Origin: Naegleria gruberi
Taxonomy: Eukaryota
Length of the DNA stretch: 64,000 nucleotides
Assembly (NCBI GenBank): GCA_000004985.1
Contig: GG738858.1
Strand: one strand, 5' to 3'
Position 1 is the stretch's first letter. Each line of letters opens with the position of its first letter. Below, piece after piece: positions 23,421 to 36,303 of this stretch. Below the pieces are notes generated by a model. That model was not told where the DNA came from and ran no database searches. It saw nothing but the letters and a program-made list of their open reading frames with translations. The position numbers and the translations under genes were made by a program.

Positions 23421-25266
23421 ATGGACAAACACACAACACGAACACAACTTTCACAAAAAGAAGAAGAAACAAATAATTATAAATTTCCGAATGACATTAT
23501 TTATGAAATTATGTCCTTCCTTGATGATTTTAAATTTATTGTCATGAATTGTGCATTAGTGTCCAAACAGTGGTTCAATGTTATTTTATCAACATGTAAT
23601 CATCTTAATTTAAATTGTAAACGTGGTGTTGAAATGGGTGGCCAGTTTTTACAGAATATTGCAATTCTTGATGTTTGTGCCACGAATGATACTTGCAAAA
23701 AATTAATCTCGATGAAATCATTAACTGAACTAATAATTAAATGTGATGATGAAGGATCAGCTAAATTCATAAGCGAATTGAAACAATTAACGAGGCTTAC
23801 TATTGATGCCAGTCATATTCGTGATGAGGGAGTTAGATATATTAGTGAATTGAAACAATTGGCCTACCTTAGTGTTCATAGCAATGATATTTCTGATGAT
23901 GGAGTTAAATATCTAAGAGAATTGAAACAATTGACCACTCTTATTATTTTTAGCAATCGTGTTGGTAGTGAAGGATGTAAATGTATTAGTGAATTGAAAC
24001 AATTGACCTCTCTTTGTATTGATGATAATCATATTAATGATGAAGGAGCAAAGTATTTAAGTGAATTAGCACAATTAACATATCTTGATATTTCAAGCAA
24101 TGGGCTTGGTAATGAAGGAACTAAATACATTAGCACATTGAATCAATTGGAAAAACTTAATATTTCCCAAAATTATATTGGTGATGAAGGACTCGAATAT
24201 TTTGGTAAATTGTCACAATTGACAAGTCTTGAACTTTCATAGCAATGATATTGCTGATGATGGAGTTAAATATCTAAGAGAATTGAAACAATTGACCACT
24301 CTTATTATTTTTAGCAATCGTGTTGGTAGTGAAGGATGTAAATGTATTAGTGAATTGAAACAATTGACCTCTCTTTGTATTGATGATAATCATATTAATG
24401 ATGAAGGAGCAAAGTATTTAAGTGAATTAGCACAATTAACATATCTTGATATTTCAAGCAATGGGCTTGGTAATGAAGGAACTAAATACATTAGCACATT
24501 GAATCAATTGGAAAAACTTAATATTTCCCAAAATTATATTGGTGATGAAGGACTCGAATATTTTGGTAAATTGTCACAATTGACAAGTCTTGAACTTTCT
24601 AACAATAAGATTGGTACTGAAGGAGCTAAATATTTAAGTGAATTGAAACAATTAACCCAACTTGATATTGAATATAATAAGATTGGTGATAAGGGGGCAA
24701 TGTATTTTGGAGAATTGAAACAATTGGTCAATCTAATAATTAATAACAATAGGATTGGTAATGATGGAGTTAAATATATTGGTGAATTAAAACAATTAAT
24801 CTATCTTGATATTTCTGAGAATCGCATTGGCAATGAAGGAATTAAATATATTGGTGAATTGAAACAATTAACCGATGTTAATATTTCTGAGAATCGCATT
24901 GGTAATGAAGGAGCTAAATATATTGGTCAATTATCACAATTGACAAGTCTTTATTTATCTAACAATAATATTGGTAATGAAGGAGCTAAATATATAAGTG
25001 AATTGAAGGAATTGATCTATCTTTATATGAATAACAATAAGATTCGTAATGAGGGAGCTAAATACATAAGTGAAATGAAACAAGTAACCCAACTTGATAT
25101 TGGCAACAATTATATTGGCGAAGAAGGAATAAAATACATAAGTGAAATGAAACAATTAATACATCTTGAAAAATACCAATATAATGAAGAAATGTACAAT
25201 GAAAATGAAGAGGAGTATAATGAAAATGAAGAAGAATACACTGACAATGAGGAGGAGGAGTACTAA
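23421..25266 (+). CDS. F-box-like/RNI-type LRR protein (paralog of 78..2195) disrupted by an internal 361-bp tandem duplication; possible pseudogene or assembly artefact
   Basis: The ATG at 23421 gives MDKHTTRTQLSQKEEETNNYKFPNDIIYEIMSFLDDFKFIVMNCALVSKQWFNVIL. The reading frame hits TAG at 24240-24242, exactly at the duplication junction, and continues in the +1 frame (ORF 24229..25266) through more LRRs. It ends with an acidic YNENEEEY tail like the paralog. Confidence 0.6.
23877..24598 (+). repeat. near-perfect direct tandem duplication, 2 x 361 bp
   Basis: Copy 1 is about 23877..24237 and copy 2 about 24238..24598. They are identical except for one substitution (atttctgat vs attgctgat). 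A unit of 361 is not a multiple of 3, so the duplication creates the in-frame stop. Confidence 0.85.
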
Positions 25267-25457
25267 GACTCAATAAACCTTATAATCATTCCAATAAAAC
25301 TTTATTCATTTCTTGGAATAAATAAAGAGAGAATATAAATTTGAGCCATTTTTCAAAAACAATAATAAGGCATCTTGGCAACAATCAACTTTATTGGTCG
25401 AGTTGATGCTTACTAAATAAATTTAAATAAATTTAAATTTTCAAAAAAAATTAAAGA

Positions 25458-26958
25458 ATGAAAGGTAGGAATGAAAAACAATCGGATCATGGAGGAAATA
25501 TTGGTGGCTCTCTGGGAAGTGACTCTGATGAAGATGTTCCATTTCTAAAACATTTAAAGCCAAAGGCAATAACGAAATCTTCATCCATGCATCGGAAAAA
25601 CAAGTATTTGACAAAGCCTCCTAATTTTGCACAATTAGCAACAAAATATCCCTTCTTTGCACAATAGTACGTTTAAAACTAAGTTTAACTTTTTAAATAA
25701 TTATTTAATTAAATATTAATTATTTAATTATTAAAGTGTTGATTCGGAGGGAAAAGTTGATTGGTCCAATGCTGAATCAATGGTAAATTTAACTAAAGTT
25801 CTATTAAAAGATGATTATCAACTTGAATGGAATTTACCTCTCAATCATTTATGTCCTCCAGTTACGAATCGAGTTAATTATATTCATTGGATTAATGATT
25901 TATTAGAAATTGGAGGAAATACTCAATTGGATTCTCAGAAAATTGTTGGAATTGATGTTGGAACAGGTGCCAGTTGCATTTATCCATTGTTGGGATTGAG
26001 AATTTATGGATGGAAATTTATTGCAAGTGATATTTGTGAGGAAAGTTTGGAATTTGCAAAGAAAAATGTGGAAATGAATGAATTTCAGAATGATATTTGT
26101 CTTGTTAAGGTTGATAAAGAATCGGGAGATATTTTGAAAAGCTTGATTCCATCCCTAAAGGAAAAATATGGAAATTCAAATGTGGAATGGGTGAATTCAT
26201 TTGATTCTGTTCACTTTACAATGTGTAATCCTCCATTCTTTGATGTGGATGAAGAGATTAAGAGAAATCCTAATAATGATTGTCGAGGAAATGAAAATGA
26301 AATGATTACTGAAGGTGGAGAGGAAACATTTGTCAAGAATATGATGAACGATAGTTTTTACTTGATCAAGAAGAAGGAAACTTTTGAAATATTCAAGAAT
26401 TGTTGGTTCACTTCAATGCTTGGTAAAAAGAAAACTCTACAATCATTGAAAGAATACGTCAACCAACTCAATGAAACAATCAAGCTCTATGAGGATCAAT
26501 CTATTCAAAATATGCAATTGACCTTTCACATAACTGAATTTATTCAAGGACAAACTACTAGATGGGGTTTTGCTTGGAAATTCGAAACTCCAAAACAAAT
26601 CCAAGCCAAACTCAGCCAGAGCCAAAAGGTCAGCTCAATAGCTGTCCAGAAGGACATGTTCCAAAACATTCACAAAGGTTACAACCATGCAGGTCTATTA
26701 TTGACCTCCCTCCATAATTGTCTCAAGAAACATTCGAATCTAATTTCCATCTCAAAAGTTGATACTTTCAAAGCAATGATTCGAGGATTTCTTGCCAAAG
26801 ATAAGAAACAAGAATTTGAAATTACCATCATGCAAACTCAACCCAAAAAGTTTACAGTCAAAACAAGTTACAAGGGAGAATCCAGTGTTGAGGAATCGTT
26901 GGCTTTTTCCCAAATGTATGAAATTTTGAGTAGAGAAATATTTAGCAAATGTGTTTAA
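25458..26958 (+). CDS. METTL16-like (methyltransferase-10 domain) RNA N6-adenosine methyltransferase, 2 exons
   Basis: join(25458..25666,25737..26958). Exon 1 ends ...SSSMHRKNKYLTKPPNFAQLATKYPFFAQ|Y and exon 2 starts VDSEGKVDW...; the 70-nt intron has a GTACGT donor and a TTAAAG acceptor. The conserved motifs RVNYIHWINDLL, GIDVGTGASCIYPLLG, CNPPFF and ITEGGEETFV closely match human METTL16. An alternative start is at the internal ATG at 25587. Confidence 0.8.
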
Positions 26959-27361
26959 TGTTATCCTTACTAACACTGAACACTTGCATTTCAAAATCAT
27001 CCTCTTTTCAATCTTTATTATTTGGGTTCATGGAGAATGATTAATTTATTTGTAATTTATTTGGAATGCTCAAGATTTGTGGATTAGTAGGAGGAAAAAG
27101 CTTCAACTACCTTGAAAATTAGTTCATCAAAACTTTAAATTGTACATGGAAAAAGTTGAAAATAATCCAATTTCCACAATTGATCAAAATCCAATAACAT
27201 AAATTAGGAAATTCAATTTATTTGAAATTCAAAAGATTTTTCAAAAAATCCAAAAATTAAAAAATCCATTACCAAAAAACGATTATAATCTTTTTTGCCT
27301 GATTGCAATAATTCTCTTCAAATCATCATCAAACAATTATTATAAATCTAACTACAAAAAA

Positions 27362-27769
27362 ATGACACGGAGCTCATCACTGTCATCACTCTTGACATTT
27401 GTCGTTTTATTCTTGTTGGTGATAGGAATTGTCAATATTGCGGAAGGAAAAACAAGAAGAAATCATAAACCTTTCGATAAGACTAATTTTCTTTCACGTG
27501 TTTATAGAAATGTCGAACGAAGTGGATTGTTGGATGTGATTTCGGATAGACAATTGGACGAAACTAGAATTACATTAAAGAAGAAGGATTGGGGAAGTGA
27601 TATTAGAAAGTTGACATTGTTAACGAGGCATGTCATGAAATTAAAGAAGGAAAATAGTGATGAATATCAAAATTTATTGGAATCTTTACGAAATTCCAAA
27701 GTTCTTGCTCAATCTATTCGAATTCTTGAAAAGGTTATTAATCAATTGGAAAAAGCTAATTCTAACTAA
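27362..27769 (+). CDS. small secreted protein (signal peptide + charged helical region), unknown function
   Basis: 135-aa ORF. The N-terminal hydrophobic segment SSLLTFVVLFLLVIGIVNIAEG is a predicted signal peptide. An AT-rich upstream region is present. Confidence 0.5.
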   Translation: MTRSSSLSSLLTFVVLFLLVIGIVNIAEGKTRRNHKPFDKTNFLSRVYRNVERSGLLDVISDRQLDETRITLKKKDWGSDIRKLTLLTRHVMKLKKENSDEYQNLLESLRNSKVLAQSIRILEKVINQLEKANSN

Positions 27770-28367
27770 ACTTTATAAATTCTTCAATTTTCATTTTACG
27801 AAACTGTAAATATATTGTAAAATATTATTCGAAAGTTGACAGAAACAATTCACACCAACTATAGCATCTTACAAATCGAGTAGTCCAATAAAAATTATGA
27901 TAGATTGACTAGTATCATACTATTTAATTAAATTTCTAAAAATAATACTATAGTAACTAATAAGGCACTATTTAGTTTTAGCATTCGAAACAACAATTAG
28001 AATGGAACACAACATTCTGATGAACTTTAATAGATGTAGAAAGAAGATAGATTCGTTCTGATTCCCACTCCAAAATTGAGCACAACAACGAAAAAATCAA
28101 GTTTCGTATAATAATTAGGCAACATTCGAAACCATTTACATTTCACCATTAACCTTCACGCAATTCCTTTCAAGTTTAAACTTTTCCTGATCGTTTAATC
28201 TCGTCTTACAGATTTCACAAAAAACTTTTCACACACTTAAATATTTCCTAATTTGAAAGAAAATTGCTCAACCATCAAATTGTCTAATAATTGACATTTC
28301 GAGTTAGATGGCATCTCTTTAGTGAGTTTCGAATAGCTGGTTCTGAAATTTAAAAAAAAGAAATCGA

Positions 28368-29093
28368 ATGGCCAGTGAGCACTATTCGAATGGTAGCAAC
28401 TCGTCCTCTTCACCAAGAAGTAATGAAGAGTTTCGTCTAGTTTCTCCAACAGACAGTTCCAGTGCGTGGACTATTGAAGGACGAAATGAACAAGTTTCTC
28501 CGAATCTTGTTGGTAACAAGATTAAAAAACCTCGTCGTTTGAGAAAGCAAATTAACAATGATCACTTTAAACAATTTTACTTTGAGTTGAAAGTAAACGA
28601 ATCGAATAGGAAAAAAGAAGGTAATTGTCAAGGAATGAATAGTCAACATGTAGATTCTACTGCAGCTTCTGATAAAAGTGGTTCTTCTTCATCTGTTTCG
28701 TCTGGTAAATTGAAACGAAAGGAATCTTATGAAATTCTACAATTCGAAACTGCGCAGGAGAAGGATGAAGAAACTTTATATCAAGAAAGAATCAAGAATG
28801 AAATTAAAGCAAATTCTCATCACTTTTGTCTTCCCTCTAATAAGAAAAAGAAGACAAATGCCAAACATCAACAAGACATCAATCAATCTGTAAATAATCA
28901 AGAAGAAGAAATACTTCAACCATGTAATAATATTCCTGTAATCTATCAACCACCAATCAATCCAATTGTATTCAATGAGCCTAATGTTAATCCTGTCCAA
29001 TTTACTGAACCTGTCACTAATCAAATAAGCATTGATAATGCTGAACTATTGAGTTTAATTCTACAGCTACTCACCAATAATAATAATAAATGA
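28368..29093 (+). CDS. member 1 of a lineage-specific family with conserved motif KKPRRLRKQINNDHFKQFYFEL
   Basis: Intronless 241-aa ORF. The N-terminus is S-rich, followed by a basic NLS-like K(K)P(K/R)RLRKQ motif and then FK(Q/K)FYFEL. A second shared block is EIKANSHHFCLPSNKKKK. The C-terminus is Q/N/P-rich. Paralogs lie at 30085..30765 and 36304..36993. Confidence 0.6.
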   Translation: MASEHYSNGSNSSSSPRSNEEFRLVSPTDSSSAWTIEGRNEQVSPNLVGNKIKKPRRLRKQINNDHFKQFYFELKVNESNRKKEGNCQGMNSQHVDSTAASDKSGSSSSVSSGKLKRKESYEILQFETAQEKDEETLYQERIKNEIKANSHHFCLPSNKKKKTNAKHQQDINQSVNNQEEEILQPCNNIPVIYQPPINPIVFNEPNVNPVQFTEPVTNQISIDNAELLSLILQLLTNNNNK

Positions 29094-30084
29094 TGGACTA
29101 TTCAATAGATTGTTCACGACCTTTTATTTTAGGTAACAACAGCTAAAATAAATAAAAACCCATAAAAGTTTCCAATAATCATTTAACAAGAAAGAAATGA
29201 CATTATTTTAAGTTATATTAATTTCTAAAATCTGAATGTAAAGAGAGGGTAAGGTGAAAGTCCTCAAATTCTCCTCAAACATCCTCCTTGCTATTTGACG
29301 AAACCTTATTCGAAACCTATTCCTTCATTCACTGCAACTTTTAGGTTCATCAAATGTACAGTTAAACTACAGTCTGAATAACTATTACTCTTATCATCAA
29401 CAAAGGAGAAATGGATAACACCTTGGATTAAAAATTGCCAATTTCGAACAAGGACCGGGCAAAATATTTTCAGTTAACTAGCAAAACGAAGATTAAATGG
29501 GACAAATACTTGGATTAGTGCAAAATCAATGATAATGGCAAATTTAATGTCCATTTCGCCTTTTCTTTAAGAATGTGCTTTCCTTTCAACAGCTGTCACA
29601 TTTGAAGAAACTGTCAACTGCCTCCTTAATTTCTCAAACAGCAAAACAACAAAAACATGCAAACAAACAATACACGCACACATGATGTTATACATTGTGA
29701 ACCACCAACCGTAACTCATTCCAAACACAATGCACCTACCCTAAATTGGCAAACCATCGAATCATGGACTTGTTCAAATTGGCATCATTTGCTAGATCAA
29801 TAATTGGTATCAATATTCAAATATTCAAAAAGACAATTGTTAAAATGAATGGTTCCGAGAATGTCAATACTCAAATGCCAAATTAAATCCTATCAAGACT
29901 TGAAGGCCTCTTTGTGACAATCTTTCTTGAATTGTTAATGTTTTTCCAACGATAATTCTGCATGTTGCTTGAATCGCACCAAGGTCGTAACAAGCCGTAA
30001 AACAAATCTTTTTTGGCTCGTTAGAATATTCTTGTGGGAAACTGAACGAAACGTTTTGGAAGAAACAAAGAAAAAAAAGGGTCC

Positions 30085-30765
30085 ATGTCACCTCCCAGAG
30101 AAACTCCACAACAACAACTTCACAACAATGATTCTTCTGTTAGAGCATCATCACCAAACTCTTCCAGTAGTTCTGACACATCTGCCACAAATCAAAACAT
30201 CATTAAGAAACCAAAACGTTTACGAAAACAATTAAATAATCGAGAATTTAAAAAGTTTTACTTTGAATTAGTGCCAAATAATTCGAATTCTGGTGAGGAA
30301 CCAAGTTTTTCCATTCCACAAGATTCGTATCAGGTTAAAAAATTCGAAACTTCACATTCGAATGGTGATGAGGAAATAAGGAATGCTATCAAAGCACATT
30401 CTTCACATTTCTATTTACATTCAAAGAAAACAAAGAAAAATTCACCTTCTTCTTCATCTGGTTCTGGGGCTGTCACATGTAAAGAGCCATCACAACATAC
30501 ATGTCAAATAATTCAAAATGACAATCAACAAGTACATGCCACAACTTCTACATCATGTACTTCAATACAACAACAACAAAATCAACATGTTTCTTTATTG
30601 GATTCTTTGGTTGTCAAGAGACAGAGTTTACAGAACTCGCATGTCAATGATACATATATGGACTCTGAATTAATGTTAAATCTTGATTATGATGATATTA
30701 TAGACCAATTATGTAATGTTAATTCACCATATTATCAGACCTTTAAACATTTCAATGTCAAATGA
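30085..30765 (+). CDS. member 2 of the PKRLRKQL...FYFEL family
   Basis: 226-aa intronless ORF with IKKPKRLRKQLNNREFKKFYFELVPNNSN ... KKFETSHSNGDEE ... AIKAHSSHFYLHSKKTKK. It shares the order and spacing of motifs with 28368..29093 and 36304..36993. Confidence 0.6.
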   Translation: MSPPRETPQQQLHNNDSSVRASSPNSSSSSDTSATNQNIIKKPKRLRKQLNNREFKKFYFELVPNNSNSGEEPSFSIPQDSYQVKKFETSHSNGDEEIRNAIKAHSSHFYLHSKKTKKNSPSSSSGSGAVTCKEPSQHTCQIIQNDNQQVHATTSTSCTSIQQQQNQHVSLLDSLVVKRQSLQNSHVNDTYMDSELMLNLDYDDIIDQLCNVNSPYYQTFKHFNVK

Positions 30766-30803
30766 TTGCTGACATGAATATTGTTGACATGAGTTCAGTA
30801 ACT

Positions 30804-33234
30804 TTATTTAGATATTTGTTCCAAATGGTTAATGATACAATCTCTGGTTAATTTACCCATCAACCTTCCTTTCCAAACTACAAAAACCTCATTAAGAGAA
30901 AGTTGTGAAAATAACATGTGAGATTGTTGGATTGGTTGACCTTCTGAAATTGTAAATTCACAACTTTCGTATTCAATTTCAATGATTTCTTCATCCATTT
31001 CTTCTAGTGGAATGTCAGAAAGTTGAGAGGCAGAAAGAGGGAGTTCACCATTTTTTGCTTGCTTTCGATTTAATTTCATTTCTAATAAAATTTCAATATT
31101 CGAAAGAGAAACTTGACCCAATAATAATAAATTATTCAAATTTTCAACCATTGGAATCTTATCTTTGGGACTGTAATTTGCCAATTGACATTCTTTTACA
31201 ACTTTTTGTAAATCTTTCAATTTCATTTTAGTTTCCAAAATTGGTAATCCCTGATCCAAATTAATCATCAAATTTGAAGCTTTCAAATCAACAGAATCAG
31301 ATACGTTCTCCAATAAAGCTTTCCAATTCTTTGCTCTAATTACAATATCATAAACACTACTTGTGAAAGCTCTGGAAACTTGCACTGAAATGAGAGCAAC
31401 CATTAGACAAGGTAAATGAACAGCAACTCCAATCATTTCTAGAAAGATAAATACTGTTGAGAAGGTATGTGTTGTGGATGATGTGAGTGAGACTATTCCA
31501 ATAACTGCATAGGCGCCAGGTTTGATGAGTTGACCTGCCACAAATCCATTTGGAAAAATGACAGCAACTATTTCACCAAAGAATCGACCAAATCCTGCTC
31601 CTATTAATATAATGGGAATGTAGAGACCTCCAGGTAGTTGAAGAGATAGAGTGAAAAGTGTCAAACAAAATTTGACAACTAGGTAAATTGACAAGCTCAC
31701 AAACACATCATTTGGAGAATTGATAATCCATCCCTGATCTGTAGATAGAGAATTAGGTGATAATAATGCTTCCAATGTTTCACTCACTGATAATGACATG
31801 TATTTCCCAATCAAATTTGGAAATGTCAAAATGCCAGTAATTATACAAATGAATAATGTCCACAATGCTTGATTATTAAACAAGGCAGTAGCTCTATACT
31901 GTTCCAACTTTTCACTTTTGAAAAATAGAAAGTTTTTTCCATAGTTTAATCTCAATCTCATAACTAAACTTGTTAAATATAAGAAACAAACTCCAACTAA
32001 ACCCATCAGAAATCCAAGGATTGCATGAGCTATGAGTTCTGGAATGGAAAATGATGGATATGGTAGTTTAAAGTGCCAAGTCATGGACACGTTGAGATTA
32101 AGCCCAATGAGAGAATCGAATAATCGAGAGACGAAAGATGCAATAATTGCAACATAGAAACTCTTCAAATATCCTCTCAAACTGTAATAGGTACAGATAG
32201 CTTCGAGTGCAAATAGGACACTACCACCTGGTGTTGCAAAATTAGCACCAACACCCAAAGCCTTTCCAAAATTAGAAATTTTACAAAAATTTAAAAATTT
32301 AAAAAATTTAAAAAATATAAAAAAAATTAAAACTTACACATCCACAAGCAATCATTTGATCCCTCAAAGCTTTCACCTTTTTAATAGGTCTAAATATAGG
32401 TAATCTCATCATATTATATGTCAATAATGCACCAACATGAGCTGACGATCCAACATCACCCAAAAACATTCCACTTCCCAAAACCATTGGCAATGCAACA
32501 ATTTTCACTAAAAATGTTCTAAATCCAAATGCTCCTTTAATATTTGCACCATTCAACATTGCCTTAACAAGTGAAATTCCAGAACCTTCCGAATATGGAC
32601 CAAACAGAACTACAAGAATTAAGGAAATGGTCACGAAAAACAAACTATAAATCACCCATAGGAATAATCTCAATCCAAAATATTCCTTCTCATCGAATTG
32701 ATTTATAATTGTCAACCTTCCTCTGTACATGTACAAAACTATCAAGTCATGACAGTAAATGATAATTCCACCCAAAATTCCACAAATTGTTAGAAAGGTC
32801 CAAACATATTTCTTATTGAGAAAGTGTTTCTTCCAATGCATGGTTTCTACATAGCTCACTGTTGCTGCATGTTTGACAGTTTGTAGCATGAATTTGACAT
32901 CCATTGGATTGTCATTGATTTCTGACGTGTTACTATATGATTTAACAGTTTCAACAGAGTTATTAGGAATGTATTTGATATGTGATGATAGACTTGGTGA
33001 GAAATCATCAAAATGTATTTCTTTTTCATGAAAGTTTCCGATAGTTTTTGGTGGAATTGAATTATTCGATTCTTTCAGAGTTTCCTCTGCGTTTGTTGTA
33101 GTTTCATTTGTTGTATTTGGTTGATCCAACGGTTGCTCATCACCAACATTGCTTGCCACAGCATCATTTGCTGCCAAATCTTGTGACATTTTTTTATGGT
33201 GGTAGGCAGTGGCATATCCTAATATGGATGACAA
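30804..33234 (-). CDS. CLC-family voltage-gated chloride channel/transporter with C-terminal CBS domains, 2 exons
   Basis: join(33234..32338,32261..30804); the intron is 32337..32262, with a GTAAGT donor and a GGAAAG acceptor. Exon 1 contains GSGMFLGDVGSSAHVGA, resembling the CLC selectivity motif GKEGP. Exon 2 contains GVGANFATPGGSVLFALE, resembling GxFxP. It has multiple TM helices and C-terminal CBS-like repeats. An alternative start is at the internal ATG at 33189. Confidence 0.8.
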
Positions 33235-33707
33235 GTGGATTTACAGATTCTCACAATATTTTTATATTTCCTTACCTTGCCTCCTTGAATATACCTCAAT
33301 GTCATTTGCATCAAATTCTGTAAAACCACCTCAACTTAAAAACTGTAAATTGCTCCAATTGTTCTTTTGACTTTGACTCGACAAGAAACATCAATTTTCT
33401 TTCACTTCCAAATGGAAAGCACTCGATTATTATCATACAGCACTTTAAAACCCTTCATGTACGATCTCAATTAAAACAATCAGCCATCCAACTGTTATCA
33501 AACTCTCAACTGAGCATTGTGTGAAAAATATCTTTTTTCTGAACCACTCAATAGTCCACTGTATTGCATTCCACTCAATTGCACAGCCATCCAAGTGGTA
33601 GGCAACTAGCTGATCTAAAGTAACTGCTTTCTTGTTATTTGTGTGAAAAAAAACAACGCGCAGAAATCAAAAGGTTCATCAATTTGTGTTGAAAATTAAA
33701 AAAAAAA

Positions 33708-35785
33708 ATGTCATCCTTTAAAAAGTCGTACGATATTATTATTGCAGGTAGGTTCTATTGTGTGTGCGTGATGGAGATAATCATGTAATATATATTGGTT
33801 GGTGATGATTGATCTTGTGATGGAAAAATTTGTGTGAAAATTTTATGTGAAATTTATGTGTGATGATCGGTGCAATTATTTGATCAAAAATTATTAAAAT
33901 ATTTGCATCAATAAAGGTGGAGGTCATAATGGACTTGCATGTGCTGCCAAGTTGAAGAAAACAATGCCATCATTATCAATTTGTGTTTTAGAAAAGAGAC
34001 ATGTGACTGGTGGATGTGCAATTTCTGAAGAAATGGAGCCAGGATTTAAATTTTCACGTGCTTCTTATTTATTTAGTTTGTTTAGACCACATATTATGGA
34101 TGACTTGGATTTGAGAAGAAGATTGAAATTACTTCCTAGAAATCCTTCTTCTTTTACTCCAACTTTGGAAAAAGATCAATATCTATTTATGGGAAGTGAT
34201 TCTGAAATGAATTTTAGAGAAATTTCTAAATTTTCAAAGAAGGATGCAAAGAATATGGAACTTTATGAAAAGCAATTGCAAAGAGTTGCAGGAGCTGTTG
34301 AGAAATTATTAGATTGTGGTCCAATTGACTTGGGTATTGATGAAGATGCAACCACAAGGGATATTCTTTTTGATAGAGAAAGTGGTATCATTGGTAACAA
34401 GGAAAATAGAGAAAGAATGAGGAAATTAGTTGAAGCTGGTCGTGAATTGGGTCTTTCCAATATTAACACTGCATTTGATGTTTTCACAAGTCCAGCAACT
34501 AAAATTTTGGATCACTGGTTTGAAAGTGACATTTTGAAAGCTACTCTTGCAACTGATGCTATTATTGGTGAATATTGCTCACCAAATACACCAGGTAGTT
34601 CCTATGTTTTGTTGCATCACGTTATGGGGTAAGTTTTCACGCAAAAATTGAGTTTTATTAATTGTTGAATGAAATATTTAATCAACATTTGTAGTGATAT
34701 TGGTTTTGGAAAGGGTATTTGGGCCTATGTTGAAGGAGGAATGGGTTCTGTCACTCGTCATTTGACTGATATCAATAAGGAGCTTGGTGTTGACGTGTTC
34801 ACAAATGCAAATATTAAACAATTCACATTCAACCATTCAAGCAAACGATGCACAGGTGTAGTCCTTGAAGATGGTACTGAAATCCTTGCCAACAAGGCTG
34901 TGGCCAGTAATTGTGATCCTCACACAACATTCAGAAAGGTAAGTCAACAACTCTTGTCAATTTGGAAATATTAATCATGACCCAATTTGAAAATCTCCAT
35001 TATTATGGTTGTTTTCTGTCAAATCAATCACACAGATGGTTACAGAATCGGATTTATTGGCAACATATGGAGAAGATTTTGCCAGGAAGGTCGATAATAT
35101 TGATTATTCTAGTGCCACATTCAAGATTAATCTTGCAGTTAATGCATTGCCACAGTTTAAATGTTTCTCCTCACCAAAGAGTGAAAGAAAGTCGAATGGA
35201 GCTGGTAAAGAACACTTTGGTACCATTCACTTTGAAACAAGTATTCAAGAGATTGAGGATTCATATATTCAAGCTAAATCCTCAAAATTATACTCCAGTA
35301 ATCCAGTTATTGAAATGACCATTCCTAGCAGTTTGGATAGTACTCTTGTTAAAGATCCAAATCATCATGTCATTCAGTTATTTACACAATATGCTCCATA
35401 TGATTTGAAGGAAGGTTTCACATGGGATGAAAAATTAAAGAGAGAATATGTCAATAAGGTTTATGATAAGATTGAAAGTTATGCTCCAGGTTTTAAGAAT
35501 TCAATTATTGCTGAAGATTTATTATCACCTCTCGATTTGGAAAAGACATTTGGAATTAAGGGAGGTAATATCTTCCATGGTTCCATTCGTTTGGATCAAT
35601 TGTATTTGAATAGACCTTTCAGAGGTTTCTCAAATTATCGTTACTTTAGTAAGAAACATGGTGTTGGTGTCAGTAACTTATTCTCATGCTCTTCTGGAAT
35701 GCATCCAGGTGGTGGTGTAATGGCTGGTCCTGGATATAACTGTGCTCATTCAATCATTTCTTCTCTCGCCAATTCTTCCCTCTAA
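33708..35785 (+). CDS. PYROXD2-like FAD-dependent oxidoreductase (pyridine nucleotide-disulfide oxidoreductase domain 2), 4 exons, 581 aa
   Basis: join(33708..33747,33917..34628,34695..34938,35036..35785). The Rossmann motif YDIIIAG|GGHNGLACAAKL is split by intron 1. There are long near-collinear matches to human PYROXD2 (FKFSRASYL, LLHHVMGG, VVLEDGTE, CIPSSLDPTL, VYAPGFK, GGNIFH...LDQLY, HPGGGVM). The spliced length of 581 aa equals that of the human protein. Confidence 0.85.
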
Positions 35786-36303
35786 AAGGTGTGATTCATG
35801 TCTTGAATGCTGCTATTCTGAGCACACATCATTGCACAAATGAGAAATTTCTATTATAATAAAAACATTGTAATTACCATCCTTCGAGTGAAAGCATCCT
35901 AATTTGAAATAAGGCGTTTGCTAACATCCTATTAGTTACCGAAATATTGGCACATATCAAATTTCTTTACACGTGCTGATTTAAATCTCCAAAGAGAATG
36001 CAAAATGTCAGCAACTGTCAATTGGATTGGAATTTAGCCATTGGTCTAGTATTCAACCGGTGAACATATTCGAAAACTGGCGAAACCCTTATCGACTTTC
36101 AACAATAAAATAAGGGAGTATAACCTCAATATCATGACGGACAGGGATGTTTTTGGCAGGTAACAAGCTCAGGAATTTCTTGGCAATATTATTTTACAAA
36201 TATGGCCACATTTAAAGCAAAAGCAGTCAACAAGCCGAAACCAATAAATTCGGCAGGATGCACATGTTAAAAATCTTTTCAAAAAAACAAAACAACATTC
36301 AAA

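Noticed and set aside
24534-25273. Minus-strand ORFs 24534..24749, 24955..25155, 25058..25273
   Set aside because: They are antisense to the LRR and acidic-tail coding sequence of the F-box/LRR paralog. Repetitive sequence produces accidental ORFs.
29864-30235. ORFs 29864..30109 (-) and 29969..30235 (+) upstream of or overlapping family member 2
   Set aside because: They overlap the 5' end of the better-supported 30085..30765 gene in other frames and have no conserved features. They are probably promoter or 5'-UTR noise.
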